DNA of 63,036 nucleotides, counting the filler, from Choristocarpus tenellus KU-1152 (taxonomy: Eukaryota > Protista > Phaeophyceae), in NCBI GenBank assembly GCA_964200185.2. It is 12 parts of 12 records of this genome, joined end to end, with 100 filler letters (N's around TTAATTAATTAA, not from the genome) between each part and the next. Parts side by side here need not be neighbours in the genome. Positions count along the whole stretch, not along the records: positions 26,436 to 29,101 come from CAXNAD020025820.1; positions 29,202 to 32,863 come from CAXNAD020018657.1; positions 32,964 to 36,721 come from CAXNAD020018114.1; positions 36,822 to 41,745 come from CAXNAD020012515.1; 8 more parts are not named here. The stretch is one strand, 5' to 3'. The stretch's first letter is position 1. Every line of letters starts with the position of its first letter. Shown here piece by piece: positions 27,232 through 38,599 of the stretch. The notes beneath the pieces were generated by a model, which was not told the DNA's origin, did no database searches, and saw only the letters and a list, made by a program, of their open reading frames with translations. Both the position numbers and the translations under genes were made by a program.

Positions 27232-27822
27232 CTGCATAAGAGCAGAGACTCCAGGCATGCAGATCTTATTGAACCCTAGTCCCAGGGTTTCCAAGGAGAG
27301 TGTAGGGAGAACTGCTGCAACCAACTGCGCCCCACGATCACCGATCTGAAGTCCATTTTGTGGTCATTTTAGTACTTAGAGTTGGACTACTAGGGAAGGG
27401 TTAGGGGAGCTGTTTGACTTCTGATGAACGATGTCGTACTGCTGTTGATTGTGGAGAGGTGTTGAGCATACAGTACAACCACAACAACCCAAAAGACCAG
27501 CAGCAACCAATACCCCAGGCGCTTTGAACAGCACATCGCACTTGTCTCAAATCTGTCTCTTGTGAGCAGGAACTTTCGTGTCTTCTTATCTTTGTATCAC
27601 ACACTACTGTTAAAGGTGAGATGATAAGTTATATAGGGGGGTACTCTATGAAAGCACCTCTGAGATTGTACAAAAAAAAAAACGACACGGCGCGGGAAGA
27701 AAAGAAAGAAAATAAATAAATAAATTGTCAACTCGAACAGTGCAGTACAGTACAGTGCAATGAAAAAATTACACAATTATATTATAAAGTTGTCGCACCA
27801 ATTACTTACAAAAATAGCGGTA

Positions 27823-27862
<40 letters not shown>

Positions 27863-28764
27863 TAAAATAATAACAACAATGATGATGATGATGATATCCT
27901 TTAGTATAAGAAGAGCAGATTTCCATTCCAAATGGCATGCCCACATATGAACCCTCTCCATATCTCTCACATTTTTGTGGACTACTATAAAATCTAAAAG
28001 ATAAGCATGAATGCTAACATTTCCTCTGTACCTGCTGGACTTGTACACCAAATTACTAACTACTAACCACACTCGAACAACAAATTATCAACACTACCTC
28101 CAACCCTAGTGATAGGAAGGCATAATGACAGGGTTTAGGGGCCAACAAGAAGCATAAGATACCAACACAACAGAACATCATTCCGCACACAGCAGGTTCA
28201 GTCAATACAAAAAAGAAAATGCATTTGCACTGATACATCTAAAAACACTCATCTTAATAAAACACACAACATGTAACTTTCAAACCTTCAAACCCTAACC
28301 CGAAGACATAACTTGAAAAAAACAACAACACCAACACCAACCCCCCCCCCAAAAAAATCTGAACAGTAAGAGCAAACAATCGCCAAGATTAACCTCTCAA
28401 CAAACCCGACAATCTTTCTCTCTCTTCCACCCCATTTCCCTACCAAGAATCCAGTCAATTGCCCCCAAAACCAATTCTTTTCCCAACAAAAACAAAAGAA
28501 ACACCCTGTGTACAATGCACCAACAGCGGTAGAATGAATTTACGCCTCTTGCTTTCCCCCTCATCTCTCACCTGGTTATTGTCAAGTTGAATGTTCTTGA
28601 GCGCCGTGTACCCCCACATGGACTTGGCCAACGCCTCCACCCCCACTGCGGTGATACGGTTGAATCCCAACTCCAGCAACCGCACAGATCGATTGCGCAC
28701 TAGCGCCTTTGACACAGCAAAGAGGCCCTCATCCCCAATGTCGTTGTCACTTACATACACATCA
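27232..28764 (-). CDS. RNI-like leucine-rich-repeat protein, internal exons 28764-28572 and 27345-27232
   Basis: SDNDIGDEGLFAVSKALVRNRSVRLLELGFNRITAVG…LDNNQ|IGDRGAQLVAAVL…LGLGFNKI; in-phase GT-AG sites. Confidence 0.85.
27824..27858. repeat. (AAT)n microsatellite in intron
   Basis: About 11 tandem TAA units. Confidence 0.9.
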
Positions 28765-29076
28765 CTGCATTGTTGTCAAGAGTAGTAAGCACAGGGGGGC
28801 AACCAAGTTCACATACGCTGTACATTGGGATTGAAGGACGCCAGTACAGTAGTGCACATTATAGACATATATTTGAGTAATTCATACGGAAGTTCAGCTC
28901 ATCATAACCTTATCGATCAGTTAAGCCAGCATCGTCCTTCAAACATGGGTGGAAGAGATGGTTTAACACATGGGGAAGGAGAGCACTTCGCACAACGTGT
29001 TGCAGCAATAAGGAAAGCTGCTCCAAGTACTACAGTACAAGTTCTTACTCCAGATGCTATGAAAAAAAAGGCCTTG

Positions 29077-29101
29077 GGGTCAAAGTATCTGGGGGGAGGG
29101 G
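29077..29101. mobile_element. MITE family B end at contig break
   Basis: GGGTCAAAGTATCTGGGGGGAGGGG followed by the linker. Confidence 0.75.
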
Positions 29102-29398
29102 NNNNNNNNNNNNNNNNNNNNNNNNNNNNNNNNNNNNNNNNNNNNTTAATTAATTAANNNNNNNNNNNNNNNNNNNNNNNNNNNNNNNNNNNNNNNNNNN
29201 NTCAATTTTGGGTCAAGCCCATCCTCAATGAAAAGCTCCATCCTCAATTTTTGAAATCGGCTGTTATTTGGAATATCCGAAATTCTACCCAAAAATAATT
29301 CGGCCTTCCTGACATAGTTGAAGGAAGGCGCAATCCAATGGGACTCTGAGCTATTTCTTTGGGTGTTCATTGATCTGCTACTGCAAGTTCCACACGCT

Positions 29399-29649
29399 GA
29401 GCCAAAATAAACGAGAGGTACCCAGAGTTGCTTTTTAAGGAAGCTGAAAAAAATGTGCAAAATTCGGATTTTTGCGAAAAAAATAGGAATTTTCATAGTT
29501 CTGGTTTACTTTTTATAACAGAGAAATCAACACTATCAAGTCAATCTGAGCACTTTATCCATAGGAGTAATGGTGAATAGCAAGAAATAAAAAGAGTTGC
29601 ACTAAATGCAAGACGACGAAATTCGGGTACCTCTCGTCTACTTTGAGTC
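29399..29649. mobile_element. MITE family C (~250 bp, single copy here)
   Basis: Imperfect 25-bp TIRs GAGCCAAAATAAACGAGAGGTACCC / GGGTACCTCTCGTCTACTTTGAGTC. Confidence 0.6.
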
Positions 29650-31040
29650 TCTAGCTGTCATAATTTTTCCACGATGTTTCCGAGATATATCATCCCCTGC
29701 ATTTATTTAGAGTGCATGTTGGGTACCAACATGCACAAACCACTAGCATAGCACAAAGAGATTAAATTACTTTTCCTATGAGATGCTAAGCCCCTCTTGA
29801 AGGGTGGAAAACAAGGGATTCGTTGGTGATTGTATTTCTGAAAGAGTGCCTTTTAGTTATCAGTACAAACTGGCCATTAGTGGTGATATGATTCTGATCA
29901 ATCCTATTTCGGCATTATTACTCGTTCTGTAGCCTGCAAGGTGTTGATAGTGGTACTTGTTGCTGCTGTGCCCTTGTTTGGTATTTGTGTTGCAGAATAT
30001 AGGATTACAGATATCTAAAGTATGCACGGAGTGTGAAGGAGATACAAGTTTGCCAGTTGCGAAATAATTCTGCTGAGTGCTGCCAACTCAGCAACATTAC
30101 GAACGATACTTCTTTTGCAGCCAGGAAGCCAATCTATGTCCCTTCATAATATCGGCGAGTCTCGATTTGGATAAAGTTACCAGTTTAACCCCATTCAAAA
30201 CAAGTTTTTATTGAGTAGGCGTAATAATCTCTCTCGCACTCTAATAAATAGTATGTACAACTAACGCCTAACGTAAAACACTAACTCTAAAATACAAATC
30301 GATCAGTGTCGTACCACAAGATCATAATCTGCAGTGCATATCTTACCACGGAGACTTTTCACGTCACCCTGTTTTGAATAAGGCCTGGGTCCTAATCTGA
30401 GGCAGTGCCCAAAGCGAATTGATTGTTCGAGTTGTTTCACGGAACCCTTGTTCAGTTAGAACTCTAGGGACGGATTTGTGTCGAGATCGAGTATCTGCAA
30501 ATATATATCACCAGAGAGATCACTTCAGCACCTACAGATTAATCATGCTGTCCAACATGAAGCACGGCTGTAGTTGTTGGAAATTGAGGTGGCAATACCC
30601 ACATTAATCCAAATCCAAGCTCTGTACGATGAGCCACAGATACCAGTTTGTGTCAGCAGGTCCGACTTCTTGATCAACAACTACACGACCCGCTAATGGA
30701 CCTGCGTTGTGAAAGACTGGAGAGAACACTTGTAAAAATCCTTCAGTGGTACCGATTAGTAAGTACTGTGGGATCAGTCTTGCTTTTTTTCAGTACCATG
30801 CCACACAAATAATAGAATAATCTAACCACCAAATGAAAGCTTATGACAAAAGCTTTAGTAATAACCAATACATGAATGTACAAACTTCCGTGAACGGGAG
30901 TTATTCTCTAATCAAATGATAGCAAAAATGCGGAGGAACATGTGCGCAACTTTGATGGTTACAACTTGAAAATTTACAAAAATGAAGTGGTTCACTGAAC
31001 TCCCCCCTAGCAAATAATACAAGTTAGGGGATGTCCAAAT

Positions 31041-31691
31041 ATGGCGCGTGTGTCATTACTGAAAAAAAAGCAAGATTTGCCGACATCTTTTCGGATCCAC
31101 ATGTGCAGACAAGCTGTGAACACACACACTAGTCCTCCTGCCACAAATTGCCCAGGAAGAAGGCGCACCGTCGGTGGCAAAGGTGAACGTCGACTTCGGA
31201 GACTGAAGGGGTGGGGAAGACATGGCTGCGATGGATGCGGTCATGTTGAAGGAGGATACTCCACATCTCAAAGCGGGGACTTTGCAGCACCTGGTTTTCA
31301 ACCCGACAATGACCCGCCATTCTACATCCCACATCTCACCAAAGAAGACTATGTACGGAAGAATAAGGGCATGTGACAAATTTTGTGGGAGACAGGACTG
31401 TTAGAACCCAGAATGATGAAGGACGGGGGGAAGGGAGAGAAACATACCCCAAGCAAAAGCATGTCGCATGTGCTTGGAGAGCAGTTGGACTTCAAGGAGG
31501 TAGTTCTTAGTCTTCAGTTTCTTGTGAAGCGGTACGGAGGGGGATGTCTAATGCTCCCAAAGTATCACTGTAAGCTCAACTCCATTGAGCTCATGTCGGG
31601 TCGAGCAAAGCACTGGCTACGACAGCATTGTACCTTTTCTTTGGACGGACTCCGAAAAAACGTTCCTTTGGGCTTAGTTTACGTTAAATAA
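31041..31691 (+). mobile_element. IS630/Tc1/mariner-related DDE transposase relic
   Basis: LPKYHCKLNSIE…AKHWLRQHCTFSLDGLRKNVP resembles the PKFHCELNPIE..W..K...R..C C-terminal motif; frameshifted. Confidence 0.65.
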
Positions 31692-31849
31692 GTCGACAAC
31701 ATCAATCCACCAATCCAGCGTCGGGTTGTAGGTGACTCGGTCTACTTCGACTGCTCTAGCCAACCCTCCCTCCTGCTGCCTTTTTTTGGTCCCCGTGCGC
31801 TCTACCTCAAAATCGTTCCCCCCAGGCACCTTGTTGTAACTTAAACAGC

Positions 31850-32160
31850 AGACTCTACCGCACTGTCTCGAGCCTGTTTGCACCGTACGCGCAGAACATG
31901 CTCTCAAACCCCTCCACAAAGTCATCAATGGTGCCGTAACACTCTGCCCAAACCCTGCTCTTCAGAGATGCGAAAAGACCCAAATCGTTGAGGTTGAGAA
32001 CCGGTGACTGCGTTGCCTGCAACACAAGCTTAATTTCCCGTCCGTGCCTTTGTTTGCATGCAGGGTCGCGCCGTCCTGCCGTACAACCCCCCCCCCCCCC
32101 CTCAATTCCAGCCACGACGATTTTTCCTTGACCGCTGGCAACAACTGTTCCTGATACCAC
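31850..32160 (-). mobile_element. DD39D-type mariner C-terminal relic
   Basis: VVRQDGATLH and QSPVLNLNDLGLFASLKS correspond to QDNA.PH and QSPDLN.LDLG.F.S. Confidence 0.65.
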
Positions 32161-32647
32161 TCAACGTCGATAGCCGTCGACCTTGTACTCCTCGCCCCTC
32201 GAGGACCATTAAAAAATTATTCCAATATTCCCCATCCTGCGTTCCAATCCTTTCGGAACTATTTCAGATTTTAAAAAAAATCAGGATTCTCCGTTTTTTT
32301 CTGTTATTACACACTGGAGTAGAATATTGTATGGGATCCAACGCAAAAATCCGTTTTGTATTCAAAGGTGATCTTGAAGAGGTACAACTTAACAGCACAG
32401 AATTATGGGAAAGAGGGAGTATTACAACGATGAGGTTCGTAAGTGCAAATTTTCTGTAAAGCGATTAAATGGATTGTGAGATTGTGTGACAAGGGTGAAA
32501 CCAGAGTACAGACTCTTTAGAGGAGGGGGAGTGGGTAGTCCTGTTCGATTATCCCTGGATGATGATGCCACAGGAGTATATTCGTCTTGATGATATATAT
32601 ATATGTTCATATATATCGTTAGGGATGTGCACACCAGTATCGGCGAT

Positions 32648-32828
32648 GCCTCAAAGTATCTTGGGGGGGGGTGGCAGCTGTCCATTTGGGGTCAACTTTT
32701 TCATGTTGTGATTTTTGTGTGATTTGGTTGCATACGTTATATGGATAATGTAAATGCACTTTTCCTGGTCATGGTCCAAATGGATACCCTGGTGTAGAAA
32801 CCCCCCCCCCCCCCAGATATATTGGGTC
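32648..32828. mobile_element. MITE family B, complete 181-bp copy
   Basis: GCCTCAAAGTATCTTG(n)…C(n)AGATATATTGGGTC with internal TCCATTTGG/CCAAATGGA; reverse complement of 41890-42068. Confidence 0.85.
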
Positions 32829-34281
32829 TGGTGTGGCCTGTTCGTAGATAGTGCTGCTGATACNNNNNNNNNNNNNNNNNNNNNNNNNNNNNNNNNNNNN
32901 NNNNNNNTTAATTAATTAANNNNNNNNNNNNNNNNNNNNNNNNNNNNNNNNNNNNNNNNNNNNCTGGGGGGGCTTGTAAGGCTCAATTTCTTGATGTGTT
33001 GGATCAATCCTAACACAGAATCCCTCTCAAGCAGAAACAATGCAATATTGCTGTAATATAAAATACCATATCTTGGATCTGGATATCATCTCTCCTCAGA
33101 TTGATGTGTAGGACATGGAACAAAACGTACTACAATTGCATCACAGTTACACCAATCATAATTGTCTAACCCTAACCCTAAGCCAACATGAAGCTCTCAC
33201 CCGTCAAGGTGATCCTCTAGACCAAAGCCTCTCAAGTTGACACCCCAGCACTCTATCCCCCCTCCCCACCCTTCACACATCCAAACAAATGTTGCCCACC
33301 CCCACCAACTTGGCTATTGGTAGTTTAGGCACCATCTCTTAGGATGCAAAGCTCTCAGGGGGATACAACAGGGCACTGCAAGGAGGCAATGTCAATGGTA
33401 ATTACCACTACATTTACACTCCAGGATTATTAAGGCAAAAATCTTAACAGCCAAGACCAAAATGATGTTTGCTTACAACCAAACACTCAATATTATTACT
33501 ATAATTACTATTAGCGAAGATCATATCATTATTACAAGCAGTACACAAGCATCACATCACATCAATGAAAGATACCAAAACTCGAGACAACAGCAATCCC
33601 ACAACCCTAGGTGAAGAAAAATACTGCTTACTCTGCTCAGCATCAGTTTGAGGAGATACCAGTATCTGCACAAAGGACAGAAATGTCATTGAACTGTGGT
33701 TGGAGAGTGCTCTGCAACACGGCAACCTCAGAGGAAGTGCATGGAGTAAGCTACAACGCATGTATACGAGCTTAGCAATACCTGCAGCTGCAAGCTTAAC
33801 TACAACGGCGCTCACATAGGCTGATTCTATTCATATCGCTCATGGGTCACGTACCAAGCCGTAACGTGGTGATCTACACCAAAAGGAAAACGTTGAGTAC
33901 ACTCCAGCCATTACCATGATGTGTATAGAGGCGTGAATTGAAAACATCAATCGCGTCACGTCATTGACTTCACTAAAAAAAGACAAACGAGCACTTCAGA
34001 CGTTATAAAAGTCCTGGTTGAGGGGATATTTTCCAATTCCTTCACCACGCATTACAAAAGTGTCCTCCAGATTGGCCTCCAGTCCTTGCCCGTCTGTCAC
34101 AGAGCATCAGCATATAGCTAACCCATCCGGCTGGAAAGATGCATCAGAACAACACTGACCACCTCTTACTCAAGTGAATCGTCAAGAGTGGGCCTTGGAT
34201 GTCGATATAGCAATGCTCACGCTGACAAGATTGCTGCGATCTACAAAGGATCACGAAAACAACCAGAAAAATAGATGCACA

Positions 34282-34741
34282 CCTCGAGCTCATCCAGTTC
34301 GTCTTCGTCTTCATCCTCCCCACCGAAGCCCATGTCTAGAAAATCTTGCGTCATGTCCGAGCTATCGGCCGCTGTCAAGACGGTCTTCCTGCCATGGTGC
34401 CAGTGAGGGAGGTAATGGGCGCAATGACAGTCAACTGTAGCATCCTCACTGCCATAAGTTACCAGGGGATGAAATAAAACGGACAAAGAGTACCAAGAAA
34501 CCATAGGATGTCACATTGATCTAAGAGTAAAACATGTAAGGAGTGTTCGTAGCACGAGGCAACCACCACTGTGTTCTCAGGCTAGACATAAGTCTGTAGT
34601 ATTTATTGCGTACCCAACCTGGACGCAGCGTCGCTGCAGTTGTTGAAGAATAACGAAGCCGCAGCTTTATTCCTGGCGATAATCTCTGTCTTGGACATAG
34701 GAGCTATCGGATCCTCGTTGTCGGCGTCTGTGAATTGGCCC
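34282..34741 (-). CDS. Putative exons of an unknown gene divergent from CEP20 (about 34741-34619 and 34389-34282)
   Basis: CAG/GT-bounded, phase-compatible segments GQFTDADNEDPIAPMSKTEIIARNKAAASLFFNNCSDAAS-RKTVLTAADSSDMTQDFLDMGFGGEDEDEDELDELE; no family recognised; first exon unresolved. Confidence 0.4.
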
Positions 34742-35248
34742 TGCTTTTTGGAGGAACGACGACAGGCTCGACGTCAGGACAGACCAAACAGTATGTCGTC
34801 GCTGTACCTTTGCGAGGAATACATGGCATCTTTGTGCAGGACTTGCTCACCAGTGTGAGACAAGAAAGAGGGTGCCAGAGACTACACTCGAGTTCGGTTA
34901 TGTGGGGACATGGGACATACGACGATGATGAGTACCGATGTGAGAGGAAAGCCTCGCCTGAACAACATCCTGCAGCCTGTCGGAGGACCCTGAAACCTCC
35001 CCTGGAAAGCCAGCCATAGTAAAGAGGGTCTCCAAATGCTAGTGAATTAGGCCTTGTTTCCCTCTCCAGCTCTCCAGATCAGACAGCCTGAACAAAGGAA
35101 AATTGTTTCCTGAAAATGTTGAAAACTATGACCACCCAACATAACCAATCTCCAAAACCCAACATCCCTAACCCTATATTGATAGTCTACATTAACATCA
35201 AATGTAGGGGAATGGAAAACCCTACCAATATCAAATACAAGTTGAAAC

Positions 35249-36585
35249 ATGTCCACAGAACCCGAGGGCACTCTTGATGATCTGAAGGGTGCCATTGTGG
35301 ATACCCTTGAGCACAACAAAACCTTAGGGAAACTCAGGGCCAGGGTAAGAGATGACGACGTTGGCTCAAGCGAGAATCGGGATAAGATCGTATCTATTCG
35401 AGTTGATTTACACTGGATTGAGATCTTGACCCCACACATGTTGGTAAAGAGGTATGTGCGGTCGCGTTAGATGCGTCGTAGAATGCAAGGGCTAACAGCC
35501 TGTTGTCAGATTCAAAGTACTTTCTTCCCACCTTCCCCACTCACAAGCCGTCCTGCCCAATCGTTATTCATCGTAAGATGCGGGCTGAGGTGTTCAAGAT
35601 CCTCGAAGGCCCGCCTGATGGTGTGCTTCACCCCCCACTATCCAACGAAAATCTCTTCATCAACGAGCTCATTCGAGACTACCTGAAATATAACCACTAT
35701 GACCACAGCCTCAGCGTTTTCCTTGCGGAGTCTGGGCAGCCCAACGATAGAGCATTGGATAGAGGATTCATGAGAACAGAGGTGAGAAAACACAGCGGAG
35801 GAGTGAATCCTGATACAAAACCAGTACATTATACCTCTGTTGTTCAAGCAGATCAACAACCAAAATTGTCGGATCATTAGCCGCACGTTGGTTCAGATAT
35901 ACCATTAACTAGGAGATATTGATTGTACCTCAACGTTGTCGTTCCTCGATAAAAAAGAACTGTTGGAACGAGCTCCCAAATCAACCTTGAGTATCTCACA
36001 TATGCACCCTAACGTTGGCCACGTGACTTAGAGTGTTAGGTTCAAGCTTGTCTATACCAGCAAATTATGGTCCGAAAATTGCCTCTATCGTGACTCACTC
36101 AGACCACCAAGTGTGAATCCAAGTCGGGACCCCCTCACTAGAAGTAGATCACGGTGAGCCAGTATAGCCCTACCGTTGTGATCATACATGGAACTCTACT
36201 CTTTCCAATGCTAATATATTCTTCAAGGCTGTTCACTCGTCCCTTCTCTCTGGAGGTCTCTCTTACTCTGTTCTGCTGCATCCCTCTCTGAACTACCTCA
36301 CACCTGTACACAGTGTCAACCTACACATGTGACTCTCATCAACCATGAACAGCATGAGAGGTGGCTCCAACAAGATTTAACAGAAACACTTGTCTCCAAC
36401 ATGCTTTGACCTCTCTTCAGCTAGGGGTAACAGAGAATAAAGCTTCTGCAGAGAAAGGGCTCCCTCTGCTGTATGGGGTGGTAGATATGTTGAGGCGATG
36501 GAGAGAGGGCTGGACAGGTCACACAGAGAGGGACAGTCCGCCAGAACCAGGTGAGACTAGATCGTTATATAGGAATAATATCTAG
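35249..36585 (+). CDS. CEP20: Centrosomal/basal-body LisH protein CEP20 (FOPNL/FOR20); exons 35249-35344, 35578-35781, 36421-36585
   Basis: TLDDLKGAIVDTLE…LGKLRAR|MRAEVFKIL…PPLSNENLFINELIRDYLKYNHYDHSLSVFLAESGQP…|LG…LPLLYG closely follows FOPNL; in-frame GT-AG joins. A possible extra donor lies at 36551. Confidence 0.9.
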
Positions 36586-36672
36586 TACTATCAACAACAA
36601 GGTACATACAAAATACCATACCATACAAAAAGGTAACGTTTCTACCAATAGACATGCATAGTTGCTGCTTTG

Positions 36673-36721
36673 GACTGAAAAGTATCTGGGGAGGGGGGGA
36701 GGGGGGGGGTGGTTTGTGAGG
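36673..36721. mobile_element. MITE family B end at contig break
   Basis: GACTGAAAAGTATCTGGGG plus G-tract. Confidence 0.65.
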
Positions 36722-38599
36722 NNNNNNNNNNNNNNNNNNNNNNNNNNNNNNNNNNNNNNNNNNNNTTAATTAATTAANNNNNNNNNNNNNNNNNNNNNNN
36801 NNNNNNNNNNNNNNNNNNNNNGGAGTTGGGTACTCTAAAATGAGATAAGTACAAATAAATCTACACCTGCCTGCAACCAATCTGACCCCCACACCCACCC
36901 CGCCCTCTGAGTTGGAGAAGGAAGATCGCATCGTCGAGAGGAAGTAAAGCAATAAGAGCACCACTTATTTTGCTTGCAAAGACTTCAAAGCAAGGCAAAA
37001 ATGATACACATGCTCCGTGGTGCACTGGACTCTCAAATTGACCCTCTTACTACAAAATAGTCAAATACCTGTCACCTCAATGTGGCGGACTGGGGGATAT
37101 TTTACTATTTTACAAGTCGAACGAGGTGCTGACATGATCTTTTCTTCCCACCCACAATAACCGCAATGCCACTTTGAGAGTAGTCCCTCACAAGCCTGTG
37201 TGTAGTACTCATGTATGACTCCTTCATGCCGTTGGAAAAGGAGGGAGGGATGAGGGATGGGGGAGAACCTCCATGCCATGGACATACTCTATTTTGTCCC
37301 CTGAGCATAGATTGGGTGGATTAAATTATATAGCCAGACGAAACCCTCCTCACCCTAGCAATAATAATATTGCTCTCAAGAGCCTCCAGCAACAACACCC
37401 ACCTATTGCCCTTGCCCTTTCCTCGAGAATTATGCCTTCGGCGAGACCCATGGAAGTTCCCCCTGTTGCGCTTCATCCACTACGAGGCTGTGGTTGGCAA
37501 CCAAAGATTCCTTGTCAACTTCTCCCACTCGCGAACGGGGGCCTACAGCATCCCTTCCTGTGGGAAACATCGTGGGGAAGGGTATGGGGTGTTTACGAAA
37601 TAGTCCATCCCTGACATTGCATACCAGCAAAAGAGTCAAACCTACAGTACGGGTTGCAATCTAGACTGCACTAGTTGTGCAATCGCTGTTGTCCCGACTG
37701 AAAAAATCTCAGTTCCGTGTGAATAGAACAAGAACGGAAAACGATTTGGGGCTGTACAATATTGACACAAGTTCTTCAGACATATCCACACGAGGTCAAT
37801 GACTGAGCTCGATCTAGGACACAAGGATCCGTGTTGGAGAATGAGAGAGGGAGGGCCAACGTAACGTCTGCAAACTGCATGTCTGATAAGGAGAGTTGAC
37901 GTACCAAGACGATATAGACCTCCCAGAGATCAAACGCAATCAAGTAAGGGTTGCTTCCACCCACCACCCCATTCACGTCTGGACACGGATTGAACGCACC
38001 CCCTCAATCGAAATGTTTTACATTGGCAGACCCGTCCACTATTTATAGAAATGACCAAGCCTGCCAAGAAGATATTGGGAAGGCACCTTTTCCTTTCACT
38101 GCACAGAGACAACTGAACGGGAGGCACACCCGACAATCCTCAAAAACACCCCAATCAAGAAATCGATGGTGGAACTCGTTCGTGGATACCTTGCATTGGG
38201 GAATCAAGTTGCATGATCACCAAATAATGAGAGGATGATTTGTCAGAGTATATCTAACGCCCATGTTTCCTCTAGTTCGTCGATCTACAAGTCTCATTCG
38301 GATAAGCCGAGAAAAGGTTTGGCCACCAGAACATAAGCCCCTTCGCCACATGATGCGCCCAGCTTCCATGCAGCATCATCAAAATACACGGTTCCCACAC
38401 CATTACATGACAGGCATTCAAATGACAGTCAAGCTGGCCTTCATTCTTCCCAATTCATTGTCTGAGGTCTCAGATTTGACATGTATTTTGGATCGATACG
38501 AATTGACCCTAATCTAAACAAACTGCAAACGCCTACGAACACCTAAGGCTAAGAACACCCAAACGCAACAAGTCAAAAACAAAAACTCAAAACATGGAT

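Noticed and set aside
27806-28072. Poly-Ile/Leu membrane-like ORF
   Set aside because: It is the translation of AAT/GAT microsatellites within an intron
27232-28764. NLR or ROCO immune receptor with exon-shuffled LRRs
   Set aside because: Only two unequal RNI-type LRR exons are visible, with no NB-ARC, NACHT or ROC domain and no array of uniform exons
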